Assembly (NCBI GenBank): GCA_964573565.1
Contig: CAZNJV010000001.1
Span: forward strand, 1-28,888
Source of the DNA: an uncultured Candidatus Saccharibacteria bacterium
GTDB taxonomy: Bacteria; Patescibacteriota; Dojkabacteria; SC72
Length of the DNA stretch: 28,888 bases
Direction: 5' to 3'
Positions within the stretch are counted from its first letter, which is position 1. The number at the start of each line of letters is the position of its first letter. The position numbers and the translations under genes were made by a program. The notes under the pieces were generated by a model. The model was not told where the DNA came from. It worked only from the letters and a program-made list of their open reading frames with translations, and did no database searches. This document shows, one piece after another, positions 23,222 to 28,888 of this stretch.

Positions 23222-24440
23222 GTATTTTGAGGTAGCAAAATTTGAGTTTTTGAAAATAATCAAAAAGAAAAGCTTCTGGTTGGGTACACTATTCATGCCA
23301 TTACTTATTGGTGTGATTGCGTTGATCTCAGGACTTACTTCTGTAGATGCAGCTAAGAAATTGGAGCAACCAACAAGTTTCTCCAAGATTTATGTGTATG
23401 ATTCTCAAGGTGTTATTAGTACTTCTTTACTAGTTAGTCCCTTTGAACTTACACAAGATATATATGCTGCGGAAAATAGTGTTAAGCAAGATAAGACAGT
23501 TGCTTTTGTAAAATTATCAGATAATTTCTATCAAGATTTGAGCTACGAGCTATATTACAGGAAAGATTCAGACTTTATGGGGACTGCTAATCTTCCGACT
23601 ATTGTTAACGCTTTGGTGAAGCAGAGTGCATTTGCGAAGGTCTCGGATCCTAACTTAACGGTGGTATTAAATAGCACACCTACTAGTACTAGTTATACCT
23701 ATGATAAGGATGGGAACTTAGTAAAGGAAGGGTTTGAGAAATTTATTCTTCCAATCATGTCTTTGATTGTTTTCTTTATGGCAGTATTTATCTCTTCTGC
23801 GTTCTTGCTTCAGAGTGTGTCTGCAGAAAAAGAAAATCGTATGATAGAAACAATTCTTTCAATCGTTGACAAGAAATCTTTAATGTTTGGAAAAATGATA
23901 GGTTTAATGGGTGTTATGTTTGTTCAATTATTTACATGGGTGGTCTTTGGGTTCGTAATTTACAAAGTGGTTATGAGTGGCTTCAACCTACCTATTCCTA
24001 TTGATTTAACAAATATTGATCTTTCCGTCTTACCATTGAACATCTTCCTTATAATTGCTGGTTTCCTATTCTTTGCGGCTATTATGACGGGTACTGGCGC
24101 TATTGGTACGGGTGCTGAAGATAGCCGGAATCTATCTTCTATCTTTATCTTGCTTTCTATCTTCCCTATGTATTTGATGCAAGCTTTGATTACCAATCCT
24201 ATGGGACCATTGGCAGTGGTTTTAAGCTATTTCCCATTCACATCGTTTATGGTACTTCTGATTAGAAACTCCTTTGGAGCCTTGCCTACATTACAATTGG
24301 TGTTAGGAATTGTAAGCTCTATTGTTTATGTTATTGTAGCTATGTTTATAGCGTTGAAATTGTTTGAGTTGGGATGCCTTATGTACAACAGGAGACCATC
24401 TTTTAAGGAAATGCTTAGCTACTTTAGTCCTAAGCATTAG
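23211..24440 (+). CDS. ABC-2 type exporter permease (NatB/YhaP-like)
   Basis: N-terminal TM, large extracellular loop, SVSAEKENRMIETILS and GKMIG motifs, 5 further TM. Overlaps the ATPase gene. Confidence 0.9.
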   Translation: MKSKYFEVAKFEFLKIIKKKSFWLGTLFMPLLIGVIALISGLTSVDAAKKLEQPTSFSKIYVYDSQGVISTSLLVSPFELTQDIYAAENSVKQDKTVAFVKLSDNFYQDLSYELYYRKDSDFMGTANLPTIVNALVKQSAFAKVSDPNLTVVLNSTPTSTSYTYDKDGNLVKEGFEKFILPIMSLIVFFMAVFISSAFLLQSVSAEKENRMIETILSIVDKKSLMFGKMIGLMGVMFVQLFTWVVFGFVIYKVVMSGFNLPIPIDLTNIDLSVLPLNIFLIIAGFLFFAAIMTGTGAIGTGAEDSRNLSSIFILLSIFPMYLMQALITNPMGPLAVVLSYFPFTSFMVLLIRNSFGALPTLQLVLGIVSSIVYVIVAMFIALKLFELGCLMYNRRPSFKEMLSYFSPKH

Positions 24441-24572
24441 GTATATCTTTTGAATCTTGCACATGCTATAATACTCCTGCTATTGGAGCGTTGTTAAGAC
24501 TGCTTTGAGTAATTTATCTCCCAAGTGTGCAATTTGGTATAGCAATATAATTTATATTTTTATTACAAATAA

Positions 24573-24872
24573 ATGGGAAACAAATTATTTGTAGGAAACT
24601 TGAGCTGGAACGTCGATGATGCACAGCTTAATGATTTCTTCAGTTCCGTCGGTACTGTTGTTGAAGCAGTCGTTATTAAGGATAGAATCAAAAACAGATC
24701 CAAGGGATATGGTTTTGTAAAAATGTCTACCGAAGAGGAAGCTGCAAGAGCTATTGCTGAATTAAACAGCAAGGAGCTTGATGGCAGACCAGTAAATGTT
24801 TCTGAAGCTAGAGAAGAATCTGGTGAAAGAAGATCATTTGGTGGTGAAAGAAGAAGCTTCGATAGAAGATAA
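24573..24872 (+). CDS. Single-RRM RNA-binding protein
   Basis: RNP2 LFVGNL, RNP1 KGYGFVKM, LDGRPVNVSEA, and an Arg/Gly-rich tail (GERRSF twice). Confidence 0.93.
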   Translation: MGNKLFVGNLSWNVDDAQLNDFFSSVGTVVEAVVIKDRIKNRSKGYGFVKMSTEEEAARAIAELNSKELDGRPVNVSEAREESGERRSFGGERRSFDRR

Positions 24873-24893
24873 TTCTATTGAATACTATACTTT

Positions 24894-24928
24894 AGGAGGG
24901 AGTCGCAAGATTCCCTCTTTTTGTTTTT
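24894..24928 (+). terminator. Rho-independent terminator
   Basis: AGGAGGGAGTC-GCAA-GATTCCCTCTT stem with a GNRA loop, followed by a T-rich tract. Lies between convergent genes. Confidence 0.85.
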
Positions 24929-24937
24929 GAAGATTTT

Positions 24938-26845
24938 TTATTCTTGAATACCTTGCATCTGTTGCTGAGCGTAGACTGTAAGAGTTTTTCTCTTTGCCCA
25001 AGTCCTTTGAGTGTCTGTGAGGAGCTTTTTTCTCAATCTGATGCTTTTTGGTGTAACCTCGATTAGCTCGTCATCGCCGATAAATGATAGTGCATATTCT
25101 AAGGTTAGAGGAATGGTAGCTCGTAATGAAACAATTGTAACCTCAGCATGTGACATTCTGACATTTGTCTTGTGCCTTGCTTTACATGGGTTAACCAAGA
25201 TATCGTCTTCTGCATTATTTATACCAATGATCATTCCTTCATAGACATCTTCTGATGCTCCTATGAAGAGCTTTCCCCTATCCTGAATTGTAGTTAAAGA
25301 ATAGCCTAGTGCTAATCCAGTTTCAGAGGATATGAGGACACCTTTTCTAAATAGAGGTGGCTGTTGAACATAAGGTATATATCCAGAGATGTAGCTATTA
25401 ATTATAGATTCACCTTTGGTAGCATTCATGAGTGTTCTATGCAACCCGATAAGATTTCTAGTCAATATTTTGTATGTAAATCTATTTATTCCATCTTCAT
25501 TCTCAATATTTACCAACTCCCCTTTTCTATCACTGACCTCTTGTGTAATCACACTCATATACTCCTCTGGGGAATCAATTGTTAGTTCCTCGACAGGTTC
25601 GCTTAATACTCCATCAATAGTTTGCAAAATAACTTCAGGCTTACTTAATTGAAGTTCATACCCTTCTCTTCTTAACTGTTCTACTAAGATGGCAAGTTGT
25701 AGTTCTCCTCTTCCTGCAACGAAGTAGTTGTTGGATCCTTGGTTAGTTATTTCCAATCCAATATTAAGATTTCTCTCTTGATCTAATCTTTGTGCCAATT
25801 GCTTGTCAGTTACAAATTTACCCTCTTTGCCTACAAATGGAGATGTGTTGGCTTGAAATTTTACTCTAACTGCTGGAGGTGTAATTGTAATATCAGGTAA
25901 TGCTTCTTGTTTATTAATATCACATACTGTTGCTCCAATCGCTGTGGATTCTATTCCTGTAATAGCAACTATCTCTCCTGCACCTGCTGATGTGATAGGC
26001 TCCCATGCTAATCCCTCTTTAGTAAAGAGTCCTCTGACTCTACCTTGTACCTTTTCTTCTTTCCCTGGTTTGTTTGAAATCAATATGATTGGATCATCAA
26101 GCTTTACGCTTCCTCTGTTAATCTTTCCTATGAGATATCTTCCCGTATGAGAATCATATTCTAGAGAGGTTACTTGCATCTGGAATGGTTCACTAATTTC
26201 TCCCTTTGGTGCTGGCATATTTGCAATTATTTCATCCAATATGGGGGTTACATCTCCTGGAACAGAATTTGGGATAGTTAAATCTCCCGCCGGGATCTCT
26301 TTAAAAATCTTTCCTTCTCTTCCTATGGCGTAATATACAGGGAATTCTAGTTGCTCAGGATCTGTAGCTAGTGCTAAGAAGAGATCTTGTACCTTACTGA
26401 TGGTTTTAGATATATTGGCAAGCTTTTTGTCTATTTTGTTTACAACAACAACTGGTTTGAGACCCATTTCTAATGCCCTCTTCAAAACAAATTTGGTCTG
26501 AGGCATAGGGCCTTCTTTGGCGTCTACTAATAGTAGACAACCATCAGCCATATTGAGTGTTCTTTCAACTTCTCCACCAAAATCAGCGTGTCCTGGTGTA
26601 TCTATGATATTTATCTTGTATCCTTTGTATCTGATTGAAATGTTCTTAGCACTTATGGTGATACCCTTTTCTCTTTCAAGATCACTTGAGTCTAAAATCT
26701 GTGTTTCTTGCATCTCTTCTTGATTATCTCTGAAAAGATGTGTTTGCTTCATAAAGGCATCAACTAAGGTAGTCTTACCATGGTCGACGTGCGCTATGAT
26801 AGCAATGTTTCTTATATTGTTTTTATCTATTGGAGAATATTCCAT
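24938..26845 (-). CDS. typA: Translational GTPase TypA/BipA
   Basis: RNIAIIAHVDHGKTTLVD, DTPGHADFGGEVER, NKID, GRGELQL, EVTPKSIRLRK. ATG 26845 is preferred because TG-A-TAGAAT overlaps the longer start. Confidence 0.96.
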   Translation of the reverse strand: MEYSPIDKNNIRNIAIIAHVDHGKTTLVDAFMKQTHLFRDNQEEMQETQILDSSDLEREKGITISAKNISIRYKGYKINIIDTPGHADFGGEVERTLNMADGCLLLVDAKEGPMPQTKFVLKRALEMGLKPVVVVNKIDKKLANISKTISKVQDLFLALATDPEQLEFPVYYAIGREGKIFKEIPAGDLTIPNSVPGDVTPILDEIIANMPAPKGEISEPFQMQVTSLEYDSHTGRYLIGKINRGSVKLDDPIILISNKPGKEEKVQGRVRGLFTKEGLAWEPITSAGAGEIVAITGIESTAIGATVCDINKQEALPDITITPPAVRVKFQANTSPFVGKEGKFVTDKQLAQRLDQERNLNIGLEITNQGSNNYFVAGRGELQLAILVEQLRREGYELQLSKPEVILQTIDGVLSEPVEELTIDSPEEYMSVITQEVSDRKGELVNIENEDGINRFTYKILTRNLIGLHRTLMNATKGESIINSYISGYIPYVQQPPLFRKGVLISSETGLALGYSLTTIQDRGKLFIGASEDVYEGMIIGINNAEDDILVNPCKARHKTNVRMSHAEVTIVSLRATIPLTLEYALSFIGDDELIEVTPKSIRLRKKLLTDTQRTWAKRKTLTVYAQQQMQGIQE

Positions 26846-26889
26846 GACAAGGGAACATTCTATCACAAAACGAGGTAATTAGATACTCG

Positions 26890-27567
26890 TTATTCTTTGA
26901 TTTCTATTCCTCCAAAGATTGCAGTTCCAGTTATCTCTAACTTTGGACCTTTTGCCTCTCTTTGGTTGAATTTGTTATCCCATCCACCGAGTATTCCAAC
27001 TCCATCTGATACTACATTGCAATCTTTTGGAAGTAATACTTCGATTCCGCCAAATGCGGTATTTAATACCAATTTTGCTCCTCCTTTATCAATTATGGAG
27101 TCTCTTAAATCTAACTTCGCACCACCAAATGCCACGGTTATATCTCCGCCTTTAAATGCTTTAGAATCCATATTCTTATCTATCCCCCAGAAAACTACAG
27201 TCTCAGAGACTCTGTCTCCGCCGTAGTACTTCTTACCTTCTGTCATATGTGGTGCATCTTTTCTAAATATCATTGTTAAACCAATTACTATGATGATCAT
27301 TGGCCATAGCATTGCGAAGAAGCTGATATTGAAAAGATGTGTTAGAAGAAACAATGTTCCTAATGAAGTAAGTACAATCCCCAGTGAGATATTTTTATCT
27401 ACCAACATCTTAATACCTAAACCTAAAAGAAGTGCTGGCCAGAGGAGTCCAATTATATCCCCTGTTGTCATGTTTACCAGCGATAGTACACCGGTTGTAT
27501 CTAGCAAGAATATTATACCGAAGGTTATTAATATCCCTCCGATTATTAACTTCGCGTCTGTTTTCAT
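26890..27567 (-). CDS. LiaF-like membrane protein (DUF5668-type TM repeats plus DUF2154-type C-domain)
   Basis: G..LI..G..FLL...LWP twice. C-terminal VAFGGAKLDLR, TAFGGIEVLLP and AIFGGIEI repeats. Confidence 0.8.
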   Translation of the reverse strand: MKTDAKLIIGGILITFGIIFLLDTTGVLSLVNMTTGDIIGLLWPALLLGLGIKMLVDKNISLGIVLTSLGTLFLLTHLFNISFFAMLWPMIIIVIGLTMIFRKDAPHMTEGKKYYGGDRVSETVVFWGIDKNMDSKAFKGGDITVAFGGAKLDLRDSIIDKGGAKLVLNTAFGGIEVLLPKDCNVVSDGVGILGGWDNKFNQREAKGPKLEITGTAIFGGIEIKE

Positions 27568-27585
27568 TTTATATATTTATATAAT

Positions 27586-28566
27586 TTAAATACGTTCAAT
27601 TGTAAGAGAACCTACTCCCACTTTTGCTTCAATAGTTAGTTTCTTTGTAGCGGTATCATAATCAGTAGTTTGGTATGTTCCATTTTGCCCAACTCCTTCT
27701 ATTTTGTTTGTGTCGAGGCTAATTTCTCCGACTCCTAGGTTATACACCAAGTAAACACCAATATTTTGTGGCAAGGTCAATGTTACATCTCCTGCACCAA
27801 TTTCGAGATTGATACTTTCAGGTAAAGATTTCTCCCAGAGTGTCATATCTAGATCCCCTGCACCAACCTGTGCAAATACTGATTTAAGAACAGTCTCATC
27901 CAAATCTACAGTGGCCTTTCCTGCCCCTATCGTCATATCCAATGATGTTGGGAGTGTATTTTGTCCAAGGGTAAGGTCATATGTTGGGGTAACAAATCTC
28001 CAAAAACCAAGATTTCTAACCTCTCTGTTTCTAAAATCTATATTTAAAATTCCTTCGTTACTTTGTGCTTCTATTTGTGGGATATCACCGTCATACTGGT
28101 ATGTAGTTTTTGAAAGTAGGTGATATGCTTGGGCTTCGTCATTGAGTGTTAATTCTGATGCTCCAATGAATATGTCCACAGTTCTATTCGTAATGTCACT
28201 AAAATCTTCTGACAATACATATTCTTCTTGTGTTTGACTCTCTGTGTTCATAGCATAATTGCCAGAAAGGAAATTAGAAACACTTTCAGATATTAAAGGG
28301 ACCTTCTTCTCTACTGCAAAGTAATATGACATAACTCCTGCGGCAAGCATAAACAAGGTGTATACCACTGTCATTATGATATTCCCAATCTTTGTTTTGG
28401 GTAAGATCATCTTCAGACCAGCAAGGATTAAGATAATGGGCCAGAATCTAAGAAGATATAGCCAGATACTCCAAGGAACTACATTGGTGGTATTAAGCAA
28501 GAATAGCGTTCCTAGCAATACAAGAAAAATTGCTCCTGTATAGTCTCGTGTTTCTTTGTTTTCCAT
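27586..28566 (-). CDS. LiaF/LiaG-like protein (DUF5668-type TM plus toast-rack-like beta repeat domain)
   Basis: GAIFLVLLGTLFLL...FWPIILILAG. Repeated IGAG/VGAG/LGVG units in the exported domain. Confidence 0.75.
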   Translation of the reverse strand: MENKETRDYTGAIFLVLLGTLFLLNTTNVVPWSIWLYLLRFWPIILILAGLKMILPKTKIGNIIMTVVYTLFMLAAGVMSYYFAVEKKVPLISESVSNFLSGNYAMNTESQTQEEYVLSEDFSDITNRTVDIFIGASELTLNDEAQAYHLLSKTTYQYDGDIPQIEAQSNEGILNIDFRNREVRNLGFWRFVTPTYDLTLGQNTLPTSLDMTIGAGKATVDLDETVLKSVFAQVGAGDLDMTLWEKSLPESINLEIGAGDVTLTLPQNIGVYLVYNLGVGEISLDTNKIEGVGQNGTYQTTDYDTATKKLTIEAKVGVGSLTIERI

Positions 28567-28583
28567 ATGGGTTAAGTATTAAC

Positions 28584-28888
28584 TTAAATATTACTCTTTC
28601 TAAAGAGTTTGTACCCCATGAATAGTATGATAGCTACTACGGTAAAGATTCCGGTGACAGTAACAATGTTTGAAACTCCTTGGAATTTAATAATAATTCC
28701 GATTAATGCCCACAGTATTACTAATGTGTATGCAAGATTCTTCTTAATCAATGCGAAGATAGCAAGTCCTGTTGCTATGACGATCATAATTGCAGACCAT
28801 ACCTCAGGTGCAATTCCCCATCCACTCCAATTCGCGACATAGAGTGCTCCTGCTATGTTTGCAATTGATGCTACTGATATCCATCCAA
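28584..28888 (-). CDS. C-terminal part of a TspO/MBR-related tryptophan-rich membrane protein (5' end outside the window)
   Basis: The frame is open to the edge: GWISVASIANIAGALYVANWSGWGIAPEVWSAIMIVIA...AYTLVILWALIGI. Confidence 0.65.
   Translation of the reverse strand, partial: GWISVASIANIAGALYVANWSGWGIAPEVWSAIMIVIATGLAIFALIKKNLAYTLVILWALIGIIIKFQGVSNIVTVTGIFTVVAIILFMGYKLFRKSNI

Noticed and set aside
20608-24869. Short direct repeats (CATTCTCATCTTC twice near 20630-20650, GERRSF twice in the RRM tail, PTPTP in the rubredoxin-like protein)
   Set aside because: These are explained by low-complexity protein sequence and are not independent repeat elements.
520-26866. Longest-ORF starts at 520, 3874, 9352, 15626, 16281, 20817 and 26866
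   Set aside because: Each extends into a predicted promoter, an RBS or a neighbouring gene, or has a more plausible in-frame ATG nearby. Downstream ATGs fit better, with 9352 versus 9367 the least certain.
557-28842. The many 60-140 aa ORFs antisense to or out of frame within long genes (e.g. 1275..1520, 5288..5602, 10215..10634, 19925..20254, 20357..20776, 26897..27226)
   Set aside because: They lie within or largely overlap genes with clear family motifs, show no recognisable motifs, and are the expected shadow frames.
1-28888. CRISPR array, IS element or prophage
   Set aside because: No regularly spaced repeats, transposase, integrase or phage structural genes were seen. The holin-family name reflects a membrane-protein family that is common on chromosomes.

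Overview
A compact, AT-rich bacterial chromosome segment with no CRISPR array, integrase, transposase or prophage. Gene content and style suggest a Patescibacteria/CPR genome, possibly Dojkabacteria-like (inference only). It encodes RNA-modification and housekeeping genes (truB, rsmI, tatD, pyk, def, queH, typA, an RRM protein) and a split, reduced dcw cluster (mraZ-rsmH-ftsL-ftsI-mraY, an inverted murF, ftsW-murG). It also carries three tRNAs (Leu-UAA, Cys-GCA, Leu-CAG), a holin-like/secG/orphan solute-binding-protein trio, an ABC-2 exporter, a cytochrome b5-like membrane protein, LiaF-like envelope genes and several small membrane ORFs absent from the ORF track. The most notable signals are four. 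(1) MraY has lost two of its three catalytic Asp residues, MurF and MurG show motif drift, and FtsI and FtsW keep their catalytic residues, which hints at a non-canonical cell-wall precursor route. (2) A 9-nt motif, ACTGCCYAA, was found by eye four times, each time abutting a start codon, in a region where most other genes look leaderless and lack Shine-Dalgarno (SD) sites. (3) A small island at about 80-940 holds two SD-led membrane ORFs, a structured leader with a boxA-like element and an anti-SD, and similarly built hairpins at both stop codons. (4) An archaeal-type CMP-kinase homologue lacks the P-loop lysine. All calls are by-eye motif recognition; no searches were run.
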